Positions 54,069 through 63,819 of a DNA stretch of 64,000 bases are shown here, one piece after another. A program made the translations under genes and the position numbers. Numbering within the stretch: the first letter of the stretch is position 1; each line of letters starts with the position of its first letter. Source of the stretch: an uncultured bacterium (GTDB lineage Bacteria; Acidobacteriota; Thermoanaerobaculia; Multivoradales; JAHZIX01); assembly GCA_965368975.1 (NCBI GenBank), contig CBDUPA010000002.1:160001-224000 (forward strand). Direction: 5' to 3'. The notes under the pieces were generated by a model that saw only the letters and a program-made list of their open reading frames with translations, made no database searches and was not told the DNA's origin.

Positions 54069-55784
54069 ATGACCACGTGCACTCGAATCCTCCATCTGCT
54101 CGGCCTGTGTCTGCTGCTGACGCTGGCGGCACCCGCCGCCCACGTCTATGCCGGGGCCACCATCATCGTCAACAACGTCGATCCGGACGGTGTCGGCTTC
54201 AACGATCCGACCCCCGCCGATCCGGTGGGCGGCAACCCGGGTACGACGCTCGGCGAGCAGCGCCTGAACATCTTCCAGTTCGCCGCCGACGTCTGGGGCA
54301 GCGTCCTGGACAGCGATGCTGACATCGTGATCCAGGCCACTTTCACGCCGCTGCCCTGCAACGCCGCGGCCGCGGTGCTCGGTTCGGCCGCCACCATCAC
54401 CATCTTCGCCAACTTCCCCAACGCCGCGGTGACGGACGCCTGGCACCATGCGGCCCTGGCCAACGCCATCGCCGGCCAGGACTTGAGCCCCGGCCCACCG
54501 GACCCGGGCCTGCTGGTCGAGCCGTTCAACGACGACATCGTCAGCTTCTTCAACAGCGCCATCGACAACAACCCGGATTGCCTGCCGGGTAACTGGTACT
54601 ACGGCCTGGACCACAACCCGCCAGCCGGTGACACCGACCTGCTCAACGTCGTGATGCACGAGTATGCGCACGGCCTGGGCTTCGCCAACTTCATCAACGA
54701 GAGCAGCGGTGAAGGTGCCCAAGGCATCGGCGACATCTACTCCGCGTTCACCTTCGACACGACGGCCGGCAAGACCTGGAATGAAATGACCCCGGCCGAA
54801 CGGCAGGCCTCCGCCATCAACACCGGCAACGTCGTGTGGAACGGGCCCAGCGTCACGGCCAATGCACCTGCGTTCCTGGCCAATCGCTCGGTGGTCGAGA
54901 TCAACATGCCCGCTGGCATCGCCGGCATCTATGCGGGGCAAGCGGCTTCCTTTGGACCGCCACTGACCGTACAAGGCGTCACCGGCGACGTCATCCTCGC
55001 GGACGACGCCACCGACGAGCGGGCCGACGCTTGCGAACCGCTGGTCAACGACCTCACCGGCGCTCTCGCTCTGGTCGATCGCGGCGCCTGCACTTTCGCG
55101 CAGAAGGTGTTCAACGCCCAGACCGCGGGCGCAATTGGTGTGATCGTGGCCAACAACCAACCCACCGGCCTGCCGCCAATGGGAGGCGAGAGCCCGGACG
55201 TCACCATCCCGTCGATCGGCATCTCGATGACCGACGGTGACCTGATCAAGGCCAACCTGCCCGGTGTCAACGCGACCCTCGGCCAGAGTGCCGACTTGCT
55301 CCTGGGCGCCGACGACAGCGGCCTGGTGCAAATCTACTCGCCGAACCCGGTGCAAGGTGGCTCATCGCTGTCGCACTGGACCACCTCGGCGACCCCCAAC
55401 CTGCTGATGGAGCCCTTCATCAGCGATGACCTGATCTCCAGTCTGACCCAGGATCTGACCCCCTACCTGTTCCAAGACGAGGGCTGGCGCCTGGCCGACG
55501 ACGACGGTGACACGCTCCCGAACATCGAGGACCTGTGTCCGGCCTCGAACGCCAGCGCCACCGTGCAAATCGGTACCTGTGACTCCGGCGTCAGCAACGA
55601 CCAGATCCTCCTGGGCTGCAACCTCGGCGACCTGGTCGACCTGTGTGAACAGCTGAGCAGTACTCCCGGGGACTTCGTCCAGTGCGTGCTACGCCTGGGC
55701 AACGACCTCCGCGAAGAGGGAGCGTTGGACTTCTACAGCCGTGCCCGCCTGCTCAGCTGCGCAGCGCAGGCCAGCAATCCCTGA
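54069..55784 (+). CDS. Secreted zinc metallopeptidase with PA domain
   Basis: Signal peptide, GFNDPTP..PVGGNPGTTLGEQR, HEYAHGLGF, PA domain (ALVDRGACTF..K..NAQ.AGA), GSS.SHW, LMEP; Cys-rich C-terminus. Confidence 0.85.
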   Translation: MTTCTRILHLLGLCLLLTLAAPAAHVYAGATIIVNNVDPDGVGFNDPTPADPVGGNPGTTLGEQRLNIFQFAADVWGSVLDSDADIVIQATFTPLPCNAAAAVLGSAATITIFANFPNAAVTDAWHHAALANAIAGQDLSPGPPDPGLLVEPFNDDIVSFFNSAIDNNPDCLPGNWYYGLDHNPPAGDTDLLNVVMHEYAHGLGFANFINESSGEGAQGIGDIYSAFTFDTTAGKTWNEMTPAERQASAINTGNVVWNGPSVTANAPAFLANRSVVEINMPAGIAGIYAGQAASFGPPLTVQGVTGDVILADDATDERADACEPLVNDLTGALALVDRGACTFAQKVFNAQTAGAIGVIVANNQPTGLPPMGGESPDVTIPSIGISMTDGDLIKANLPGVNATLGQSADLLLGADDSGLVQIYSPNPVQGGSSLSHWTTSATPNLLMEPFISDDLISSLTQDLTPYLFQDEGWRLADDDGDTLPNIEDLCPASNASATVQIGTCDSGVSNDQILLGCNLGDLVDLCEQLSSTPGDFVQCVLRLGNDLREEGALDFYSRARLLSCAAQASNP

Positions 55785-55828
55785 TCCAACCTGAGCCAGC
55801 GCCGAACTCTGTAGAGGCGCACCCAAAG

Positions 55829-55869
55829 ACAAAGGCCGCGACTCCGGACACCCGGATCGCGGCCTTTGT
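55829..55869. terminator. Bidirectional terminator between convergent genes
   Basis: ACAAAGGCCGCGA-c-TCCGG-ACAC-CCGGA-TCGCGGCCTTTGT. Confidence 0.7.
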
Positions 55870-55903
55870 GCGTGTAGCTCGACGCGCGCGGTGTCAGTGA
55901 GCC

Positions 55904-56647
55904 TCAGCCCCCGTAGGCCCGTTGCAGGTGAAACTGCGCCTGCCGCCGCCACCAATGCCAGTCGTGCGACACGTCCTGGCCCCAGATGTCCGTATGGTTG
56001 GAAATCCCCTTGTGGTCGAGCATGGCACCGAGCGCCCGTGTCTCCTCGATGCAGCCTTCCTCCCACTGCCCCTGCCCACACACCAGGACCAGATGGGTCT
56101 GTCGCTGCACACGGTCGAGGTGTTCGCCCTCGAGTTTGGCGACATAGGCCAGCGGGTTATTGAAGTAGACGTCCGTGTTGTCGAAGCCGTCCGTGAATCC
56201 ACGCATCTCATAACGACCGCTGAGACTCAGCGACCAGTGGAAGATCTCCGGAAACTTGAGCACGAAATTGGCGGCGTAGAAGCCGCCCAGGCTGGCCCCC
56301 GTGACGCCGATCCGGATGTGGGGTGACAGACAATCGTGGCGGATCCATGGCACCAGTTCCTCGACCACGTAGCGCTCGAACACCATGTGCCGCTGAATGC
56401 GCCACGCCGGATGGTTCTCACGCCGCGTCCAGGCTTCGGCGACGTTGCTCTCGATGCAATAGAGCTTCAGCTGGCCGCTGTCGATCAGCGGTGCCAGCGC
56501 CTCCACCATGCCCTGCACCTCCCACTCGTGCGCCATGCCGGCGGCAGTCGGGAACACCAGGAGCGGCATGCCCCAATGACCGTAGCACCACAGGTGCATG
56601 CGGCGCTCCATGTGACGACTAGAAAGCATCTCGTGACGACGTTGCAT
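55904..56647 (-). CDS. Putative esterase, alpha/beta hydrolase (COG4947-like)
   Basis: YGHWG.P.LVFPT, GASLGG nucleophile elbow, YFNNP, WG.DV.HDW.WW. Confidence 0.85.
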   Translation of the reverse strand: MQRRHEMLSSRHMERRMHLWCYGHWGMPLLVFPTAAGMAHEWEVQGMVEALAPLIDSGQLKLYCIESNVAEAWTRRENHPAWRIQRHMVFERYVVEELVPWIRHDCLSPHIRIGVTGASLGGFYAANFVLKFPEIFHWSLSLSGRYEMRGFTDGFDNTDVYFNNPLAYVAKLEGEHLDRVQRQTHLVLVCGQGQWEEGCIEETRALGAMLDHKGISNHTDIWGQDVSHDWHWWRRQAQFHLQRAYGG

Positions 56648-56720
56648 ATGGGAAGACCCTTGTCGGCTCAGGCGGTCGCTACCAGCCCGGCTCGGTGATC
56701 AGAAGTGGAAGTACAGAGTT

Positions 56721-57893
56721 TCAAGCGGCAGAGTCGGTGCCCGATCCCGGCGGAGGCGTCATCCAGGTCGGTGACTTGCCGCTACCGGAAGCCGCGCGCG
56801 GCCGGACTCGCTTAGGCTTGTTGTCCAGGCCGAGGATGTCGACCACCTGGGGCTCGTCGAGCAGCAGGGTGCCATCGGTACCTGGAGCTTGCGAAGGATC
56901 GAACTCGTAGTCGCGGATCACGCGTCGGAAGACTTCTTTGAGCGCACGTGCTCCGAGTCGGGGTTGCCGCGCCGCCTCGGCAGCCACGCGACGTACCGCG
57001 GCGGGCGACAGCGCCAGGTGCAAGCCCTGGCTGGCGAAGTAGTCGCGAGCGGCGTGCAGGCTCGAGTCCGGTGCCTCCAAGAAGATACGCACCAGCTGCT
57101 CGGTCTTCAGATCTTCGAGCAACACGATCGAGTCGAAGCGCGACAGAAACTGCGGGCTCATGCCGTAGTCGAACAGGTCCTCGACCTGCAGCCAGTCGCG
57201 CAGCTGGAACTGCGTCTCCTCCCGCACGTCACCACCCTCGACCACCGTCACCGCCTGTAGCGATCCGCGATCCTTGCCGACGGTGATGCGATCGTACACC
57301 GCGTCGTAGAGCCCTTCGAAGGCACCACCGGCAACAAACAACAGCCCGCCCGAATCCAGGCGCAGATGCCCACCACCAGCCCATTCCGGTAGATCGAACG
57401 GCATCGCCTCGTTCTCGATCAGGGTCAGCAGTGCTTCCTGTGCGCGGATGCCCGCGGTGTGCAGGTCGTCGCCGACGTGCGAGCGGATCTTGTCGACCTC
57501 GTCGACGAACACCAGCCCGTGGCGCACGCGTTGCAGCAACTCCGGCAACGGCGCCTCGCGCCCCAGATCCTCGCGTGCCCGCTCCAGCAGCCGTCGCAGC
57601 ACGACTTGGCCCGAGCGCCCTTGCTCGGCTTCTTCCGCCAATACCTTGGCGTGGATGCGCACCACCGTCGAGTGCGCGGCCCGCGCCGCGTCCGCCGCCA
57701 AGTAGTTCTCGACCGCGCGCATCAGCGTCGTCTTGCCGGAGCCGGACGAACCGATCAGCAGAATGTTGCCTGAGCGCACCCCGGCCAGATGCTTCGCCAG
57801 CGCCACCGACATCTCGCGTACCGCTTCTTGCTGGCCGATGACGCGGCTGCCGAGTTCTTCGGCGATCTGGATGGGGGTCGGAGGGGCGGACAT
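56721..57893 (-). CDS. ClpX/HslU-like AAA+ ATPase (atypical)
   Basis: VIGQ..A, NILLIGSSGSGKT, VFVDEVDKI, Q.ALL.LIE, GGAFEGL, YGM.PQFLSRF, LGARAL. Confidence 0.8.
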   Translation of the reverse strand: MSAPPTPIQIAEELGSRVIGQQEAVREMSVALAKHLAGVRSGNILLIGSSGSGKTTLMRAVENYLAADAARAAHSTVVRIHAKVLAEEAEQGRSGQVVLRRLLERAREDLGREAPLPELLQRVRHGLVFVDEVDKIRSHVGDDLHTAGIRAQEALLTLIENEAMPFDLPEWAGGGHLRLDSGGLLFVAGGAFEGLYDAVYDRITVGKDRGSLQAVTVVEGGDVREETQFQLRDWLQVEDLFDYGMSPQFLSRFDSIVLLEDLKTEQLVRIFLEAPDSSLHAARDYFASQGLHLALSPAAVRRVAAEAARQPRLGARALKEVFRRVIRDYEFDPSQAPGTDGTLLLDEPQVVDILGLDNKPKRVRPRAASGSGKSPTWMTPPPGSGTDSAA

Positions 57894-57921
57894 GGGTGCG
57901 AGTGTATCAGCGGCGACCCAC

Positions 57922-59199
57922 TCAGCGGAGCACACCCCGCAGCTTGCGCCGCAGACGAAACGCGAGACTGTCCGGCGGTGTAGCAGTGGCGAGGTGGGCG
58001 GCGAAGTCGTGCTTGGTCGTGTCGCGCCAGGGACGGCGGCAGAAGTCGGCGAGGGGTTCGAGGACGCGGTCCCAGGCGAAGTATTGAGCCAACTCGCGCG
58101 CGCCCTGACGCCGGGCATCGACTTCTTCCGGCTCGGTCAAAATCTGCCGCAGTGCTGACGCCAGCGCCTCCGGATCTTCAGGAGGCACGACCCAGCCGGC
58201 GTGGTGTTCGAGCAGCAAGCTGCTCATCGCACCGCCTTCGCTGGTGACGGCGGGGCAGCCGCAGGCGAGGGCGTCGAGGAATCTCGTGCGCAGGGACAGA
58301 CGGGTCTCGAGGCTAGGCCTGTGCGGAGCCACCATCAGGTCGACGTCGCGCAGCAGGTCGTAGCGACGGGCAGCGGGGAGCCAGTCTTGGGCCAACACCT
58401 TTTCACCCCACCAGCCACGCTTGCGGCACCGGGCCTCGACCTCGGCAAACAGACGCTGCGGCGTCGAACCGGCGTTCGGGTTGCGGATGAAGAGCAGGCG
58501 CCAGCCGCTTGCATCTCCCTCGCCCTTCTCCAGACGTTCGAGCGCCTCAAGCAGGGTGAAGGGATCGTACCAATCGTAGAGCCCCCCGAAGAGCAAGCGC
58601 TTCTCGCCGGCTTCGCGTGGGGGCAGAACGGGCTCGTGAGCGGGCAGGTCGTCGAATCCTGGGACACCGAAGGGGACCGGCGCGATCAGGCGTTGTAGGT
58701 CGGGATCGCGGCGCAGGATCTCGGGGTTGACGCGGCCGACGGCGGTGAGGAAGCCCAGGTAGTAGTTGCGCTGTTCTTCCGACGAGCAGAGGAAGAAATC
58801 TCCGCGCGACATTTGCAGCACCCAGGTGGCGTGATCGTTGCGGTAGGGGCCGAGACCGAGCGTCTCGACATAGTGCATGTTCTCAACCAGCCACGGATCA
58901 TAGAGGTCGATGGCACAGGGTAGCTCCGGCACCTCGACCAGGATGTCGTTGGCTAGCTGCCCCTGAGCGACGGCGCCGTCACAATCCGCTAGCAGGCGGG
59001 CCAGGCCACCGCGCTCAAAGGAGCGTACCTCGACGCCCTCGGGTACCTCCGGTACGTCCGCCGGCTCTCCAGCCGTCACCAGGACGATCTCGGCACTACT
59101 CTGCGCCGGCAACCGGCGCGCCAGCTCCAGGTAACGGATACCGATGCCGGCCATCTGCGCGCGCAGCGGTTCGCTGCACACCAGGGCCACTCGACTCAA
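57922..59199 (-). CDS. Glycosyltransferase family 4
   Basis: MAGIGIR..E.A, GG.YDW.DP, ET..S.RTR.LD.L..G.P; GT-B C-terminus. Confidence 0.85.
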   Translation of the reverse strand: MSRVALVCSEPLRAQMAGIGIRYLELARRLPAQSSAEIVLVTAGEPADVPEVPEGVEVRSFERGGLARLLADCDGAVAQGQLANDILVEVPELPCAIDLYDPWLVENMHYVETLGLGPYRNDHATWVLQMSRGDFFLCSSEEQRNYYLGFLTAVGRVNPEILRRDPDLQRLIAPVPFGVPGFDDLPAHEPVLPPREAGEKRLLFGGLYDWYDPFTLLEALERLEKGEGDASGWRLLFIRNPNAGSTPQRLFAEVEARCRKRGWWGEKVLAQDWLPAARRYDLLRDVDLMVAPHRPSLETRLSLRTRFLDALACGCPAVTSEGGAMSSLLLEHHAGWVVPPEDPEALASALRQILTEPEEVDARRQGARELAQYFAWDRVLEPLADFCRRPWRDTTKHDFAAHLATATPPDSLAFRLRRKLRGVLR

Positions 59200-61364
59200 G
59201 TCGACTCCCCCTTCCGCCGCTGCAGCCAGCTGTGCAGGCGCCAGGCGCGCGTGCCTTCCATGCCCCGAATCAGCGCATTGAGACGCTCGATCTCGGCATA
59301 GGTGCGCGCGAGGTGTTCGCCCTGCTTGGTCACGCCCTGCTGTAGGCGCTCGATCTCAGCGTAGGTACGACCCAGGTGTTCGCCTTGCTCCTGGACCGCC
59401 GTCCGCAGCCGTTCACCCTCGGCGTAGGTGCCGCGCAGTTCTTCAGACAACCGCTCGATCTCGCCAAGGGTACCGCGCAGCTCTTCGGCCAGGCGCCCTT
59501 CTTCGACCTGCAGACGCTCGATCTCGGCCGCGTGCCCGTCGAACGCCTGGCGCAGCTGCTTGTGCTCGCCTTGTAGCGCTTCGTGCTCGCCGTTGAGGCG
59601 CACGTGGCGTTCCTCGAGCTGAAAGTACTCTCGATCGCGGTGATCGAGCGCACCGCGCAATTCGGCGATATCGGTGCGAGCCTCTCGCAGTTCGCGTCCG
59701 CGGGTGCGCGCTTCTTCGCCGCGCTGAACAGCCTCGTTGCGCAATACGTCGACGGCGCGCGCCAGCTGATCGGCCATTTGCTCCGGCGAGCGGCGGGCGG
59801 CGTGCTTGGCCAGCACCCTGGCCTTGACGTCGAGGAAGTCGGCCCGCTCGCGCGGGCTCTCGCCGAAGATGTGGTGACCGCCGCCAGAGAAGTGGCGGTA
59901 CTCGCACGTGACGCGCGCCAGATGCTGGAAGGTCGTGTGCTCGGCCAGGCGCAAGAGCAGCTCCCAATCCTCGAAGAAGGGCAGCTCGGGATCAAAGATC
60001 GGGTCGAGTGCCTGCAGCAGTGCGCGCTCGATGACCAGGGTATTGAAGGGGATGTAGTTGTCCAGCTGCAGCAGGTCGGCGTCGAAGTCGCGACTGTAGG
60101 GCAGGCGTCGCTCGGTGCAGCGCCACGCCACATCGCCATCGCTAGCATCTGGCAACCTGCCGTCCTCTTGCAGCTTGTAGATCGCGACGGCGGCATCGGT
60201 GTAGGCGACACGCACGCCCGCGGCCTGTACCAGCTGGGCCAGGGTCGCCAGGTGCTCGGGGGCGGCCAGGTCGTCATCGTCCAGGAAGGTAACGTAGTCC
60301 CCGGTCGCGGCCTCGACGCCCGCCGCCGCGGCGCCGGCACGCCCGCGATTGGGATCGAGATCGAGACGGCGCAGCGGCAACGGGTAGTCGTCGGGCAGCT
60401 CGGGCGGTGTGCCGCCGTCGTTGACCACCAGCACTTCGGCGTTGCGATAGGTGCTGCGCGCCAGGCTGTCGAGCGCCTCGGCGAGCAGCGCCGGGCGGTT
60501 GTGCGTGCGCACGATGACGGTGATCGAGGGTCCCTCGTGCACCTCGTGCAAGCGTGGAACGCCACCCAGGTGCTCGATCAGCTGCGCCGGGCTGCGGGTG
60601 ACGAAGTCGTCCAGCGTCAGGCGGGCGTAGCCTTCGGCACCCTCGACCTCTGGCCCCAGCGACAGCGCCCGGTAGCGCTGCAGACCAAGGCAGGCGCCGA
60701 GGTAGTCGTGCCGTGCCTGCTGGCTAGCATACAGCTCCATCGCCTGACGCAGCTTGTCCTGCTGGCCACTGACCTCGACCAGCAGATTGGGGTGGAGCGG
60801 ATGGTTGACGTCGTAGGCCAAGATCTCGAGCTTGGCAGCGACTTCGTGCAGCGCGGCCTCCTGTGCCGCCGCCTCTTCCGCCTCGTCGTGTGTGCTCCTC
60901 GACGCGCCAGAACGCGGTCGTAGACCGGCCAGAACCTGGTGCACGGCCGCGAAGGCCGCCTGGTGATCGCCGGTGATTTCGAGCGGCGACGTCACCAGTA
61001 GCAGCTCGGGACGATGTCGTAGCAACGCTTCTCGGATCGCCTGCTGGAGCGCCGGAAGCTGATAGCGCAGCGCTCCATCCGTCAGGTCGAGGTGCTCGAC
61101 GCTGGCGAGCCCCAGCAATTCCGCGACCTGCTCGGCCTCGGTTCGGCGCGTCCGCTGGTAGGTATCGATCTCAGCCAGCGCATCGTCCACGGTCTCGACG
61201 CCACCGCTGCTGTCACTCAGGAAGAGTACGTGCACTTCAGAACCAGCCTCGAGCAGCTTGCACAGCAGTCCGCCACAGCCCAGCACTTCGTCGTCGTAGT
61301 GCGGCGCTAGCACCAGCACGCGCTGGGCTCGAACATCGGTCGTGTGGCCCGGAAGTTCCAGCAT
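59196..61364 (-). CDS. PIG-L family deacetylase - GT2 glycosyltransferase - coiled-coil fusion
   Basis: APHYDDE, DH, SQ (PIG-L); VIVRTHNRP, VNDGG, FLDDDD, FEDW (GT2); long heptad C-terminus. Confidence 0.88.
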   Translation of the reverse strand: MLELPGHTTDVRAQRVLVLAPHYDDEVLGCGGLLCKLLEAGSEVHVLFLSDSSGGVETVDDALAEIDTYQRTRRTEAEQVAELLGLASVEHLDLTDGALRYQLPALQQAIREALLRHRPELLLVTSPLEITGDHQAAFAAVHQVLAGLRPRSGASRSTHDEAEEAAAQEAALHEVAAKLEILAYDVNHPLHPNLLVEVSGQQDKLRQAMELYASQQARHDYLGACLGLQRYRALSLGPEVEGAEGYARLTLDDFVTRSPAQLIEHLGGVPRLHEVHEGPSITVIVRTHNRPALLAEALDSLARSTYRNAEVLVVNDGGTPPELPDDYPLPLRRLDLDPNRGRAGAAAAGVEAATGDYVTFLDDDDLAAPEHLATLAQLVQAAGVRVAYTDAAVAIYKLQEDGRLPDASDGDVAWRCTERRLPYSRDFDADLLQLDNYIPFNTLVIERALLQALDPIFDPELPFFEDWELLLRLAEHTTFQHLARVTCEYRHFSGGGHHIFGESPRERADFLDVKARVLAKHAARRSPEQMADQLARAVDVLRNEAVQRGEEARTRGRELREARTDIAELRGALDHRDREYFQLEERHVRLNGEHEALQGEHKQLRQAFDGHAAEIERLQVEEGRLAEELRGTLGEIERLSEELRGTYAEGERLRTAVQEQGEHLGRTYAEIERLQQGVTKQGEHLARTYAEIERLNALIRGMEGTRAWRLHSWLQRRKGEST
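59280..59530 (-). repeat. Intragenic degenerate tandem repeats (63-bp and 42-bp units) encoding coiled coil
   Basis: QGEHL(G/A)RTYAEIERL x2 at 21-aa spacing and EELRGT..E.ERL x2 at 14-aa spacing. Confidence 0.7.
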
Positions 61365-61386
61365 TACCCCTTCATCCCTCTTGCTT

Positions 61387-63819
61387 TCACTGCACATACC
61401 CTAGCGCAATCAGTCGACGGCGGGTCTCGGGGTTCTCTTCCGCCTGCAGGGCGACGGGCTCCTGCGACAGCCAGACGTAGAGTGTGGGTTGCCGCACCAC
61501 CCCAGGATCCGCGGCGGGCAAGGGCCAGGCCGGGGCGCGGAGCTGGGCGCGCGGCACCGACCCGCCGTCGTAGGGCACACCACCGGCTATCTTGACCTCG
61601 ACGTCCCGCGTCTGCCCATCGGTGGTGGTCAAGGTAACGTCGAGCGCTTCCAGACGGCGAAAGTCACCCTGCACCAGCAGACCGTGTCCCGGCACGGCAG
61701 CACCGGACGGCAGGCTGGCCCGCAAGGCGAAGTCGAGCGCATCACCGTCGCGGCGTACGAGTTCGTCCGGCCCCAGGAAGTAGGCGTTCCAGCTCTCGGC
61801 TGGCCGGTCCAGGCGTAGACGTCCGCGCAGAGTCGAACCCAGGGGCAGGCCGGCCGCCACCAGACGTAGCCCGCCGACCTGACGTTCGAGCTGATGGTGG
61901 ACGACGCGGGCGAGCTGGTCGAGGCGCTCTTCGAGCACCGCCTCCGCGCCAGCCTCGGCGGTCAGCAAGTTCAGCTGCTCGGCCGGGTCGGACTGTAGGT
62001 CGTAGAGTTCGACATCCGCGAAGCGTCGCAGATCCTTCTGCCACAGTAGACCCTGCAACGGATCCGGCGGTTCGAAAGGCGTGCGGCGGTTGAACAGGAA
62101 GAGCTTATGTGCGTCGAGCACCGACATGGCGCGCAGCGGACCGGCACTCATGTGCTGCGCGAAGGCCGGGCGACGCGGCAGCGGGCGCTCACCGCGCAGC
62201 GCTGGCAGCAGGTTCTCGCCCTGCCACTGCGGCTCCGTCTCGGCACCTGCCGCCGCCGCCAGCGTCGGCAGCAGGTCGATCAACTGCACCGGACCTCCTT
62301 CCAGCGTCACCCCGGCAGGCAGTCGACCATCCCAGCGCAGCAGCAGCGGCACGCGGATCTGCTCGTCGTAGAGCGATTGCCCATGCTTCCATCCGCCGTG
62401 ATCGTACAGCTCTTCACCATGGTCGGCGGTCAGGACGATCAGAGTGTTGGCCAGCACTTCCGGCTCCAGCGCGCTCAGCAACTCGCCGATGTGCCGGTCG
62501 ACGTAGTGCACCTCGCTGTCGTAGAGCGCGGACAGGTGCGCGACATCCGCCTGCGGATTCTGCAGCTCGTGGGCTCCGGCGTAGATGCCGTGCACCATCT
62601 CGCCCGTGAAGGGACCCTCGTAGTCCGGATAGAAGGGCGATTTGCCATCGACGATGTCCGGATTCTTGTAAGGATCGTGCGGATCGAGGTACTGCATCCA
62701 GAGAAAGAACGGCTCGTGCTGGTGCGCGCGCAGCCAGGGCAGGGCGCGCTGGTTCAGATCTTCAGCACCGCGGTGGAACCAGGCGAAGTCCATCGGCGGG
62801 AAGGCGTAGGAGTCGAGCCCGCGCGCGAAGCCGTTGCCGGTGAAGATCGCCGGATTGGCGTTGAAACCAGCAGTGGTATAGCCGAGATCCGCAAAAACCT
62901 GGGCCATCGGCCGGGCGTCGCGCGGGATGCCGAAGCTGGCCATCGCTCCACGCAGAATCTCCCCCGGGTAGCGCGAGGTGAAGAAGGACGACACCGATGG
63001 CAGGGTCCAGGGCGCCTGCGCGTACGCTTGCTCGACCCGCACGCCACCGGCTGCCAGCCAGCGGTCGATCTCAGGGGTCGTTGCTCGCTCGTAGCCGTAG
63101 CAGCTGAGCCGGTCGAAGCGTAGGGTGTCAACGACGATCAGCAGCACATTCGGGCGCGCGCGCTCGGCGACCTGATCGAGATCGGCCTGTCCGCGTAGCC
63201 TCACCGACCCCCAGGCGATCTCGAGAGGGTCACTGGCTCGCGCGGGTGTGCGACTCTTCGATCGAGGGCCCTCGGATTGCGGTACCGCGGCCAGTTCCAG
63301 GGTCACATCGTCGCCACCGTAAGCGCTGAGGTCGACTTCCAGGTCCAGCCAGCCGGGTGCGTCCCCGTTGCCGCGACGCTCGCCGTGCGCCACGGCGGCA
63401 ATGTCGGTACGCGAGCCCCGCTGCACACCGACGGTCACCGTCAACAGCGGTGTTTCTTGAACTTCTTCGCCTGCTGCCGGCTCTCCGTCCGCGGCGGCAC
63501 TCTTTGGCACCACCGCGGCACCGACAAAGAGGGTCGCCCGCGCCGGCAATCGTCCGCGCCAGCGCCAGGTTCCCGGCGGCAGCACCACCGCCGGCCGGTG
63601 TACGTGGTCCGCGGTCACCGGCTGTAGGCGCGGTGCGGCGTGGAAGCTGAAGCCCGCCGCGGGATCGACGTTGACCACGAAGCGCCCATCCATCACCGCT
63701 TCGGTCAGCTGCAGCGACTCCGGCTCAGCGCCGCCACAGCCAGCCAGGGAGATGGCCAGTGCCGTCACCAGCAGAGCGACCAGACGGCCGGCAACTGTCG
63801 CCAGGCCCGGGCGGCTCAC
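61387..63819 (-). CDS. Sulfatase-like (alkaline phosphatase superfamily) lipoprotein
   Basis: Lipobox LAGC; PNVLLIVVDTLR, APWTLPS, DPHDPY, TADHGE, KHG.SLY, ELYDL..DPAE, C-terminal L.ALGY. Confidence 0.85.
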   Translation of the reverse strand: MSRPGLATVAGRLVALLVTALAISLAGCGGAEPESLQLTEAVMDGRFVVNVDPAAGFSFHAAPRLQPVTADHVHRPAVVLPPGTWRWRGRLPARATLFVGAAVVPKSAAADGEPAAGEEVQETPLLTVTVGVQRGSRTDIAAVAHGERRGNGDAPGWLDLEVDLSAYGGDDVTLELAAVPQSEGPRSKSRTPARASDPLEIAWGSVRLRGQADLDQVAERARPNVLLIVVDTLRFDRLSCYGYERATTPEIDRWLAAGGVRVEQAYAQAPWTLPSVSSFFTSRYPGEILRGAMASFGIPRDARPMAQVFADLGYTTAGFNANPAIFTGNGFARGLDSYAFPPMDFAWFHRGAEDLNQRALPWLRAHQHEPFFLWMQYLDPHDPYKNPDIVDGKSPFYPDYEGPFTGEMVHGIYAGAHELQNPQADVAHLSALYDSEVHYVDRHIGELLSALEPEVLANTLIVLTADHGEELYDHGGWKHGQSLYDEQIRVPLLLRWDGRLPAGVTLEGGPVQLIDLLPTLAAAAGAETEPQWQGENLLPALRGERPLPRRPAFAQHMSAGPLRAMSVLDAHKLFLFNRRTPFEPPDPLQGLLWQKDLRRFADVELYDLQSDPAEQLNLLTAEAGAEAVLEERLDQLARVVHHQLERQVGGLRLVAAGLPLGSTLRGRLRLDRPAESWNAYFLGPDELVRRDGDALDFALRASLPSGAAVPGHGLLVQGDFRRLEALDVTLTTTDGQTRDVEVKIAGGVPYDGGSVPRAQLRAPAWPLPAADPGVVRQPTLYVWLSQEPVALQAEENPETRRRLIALGYVQ

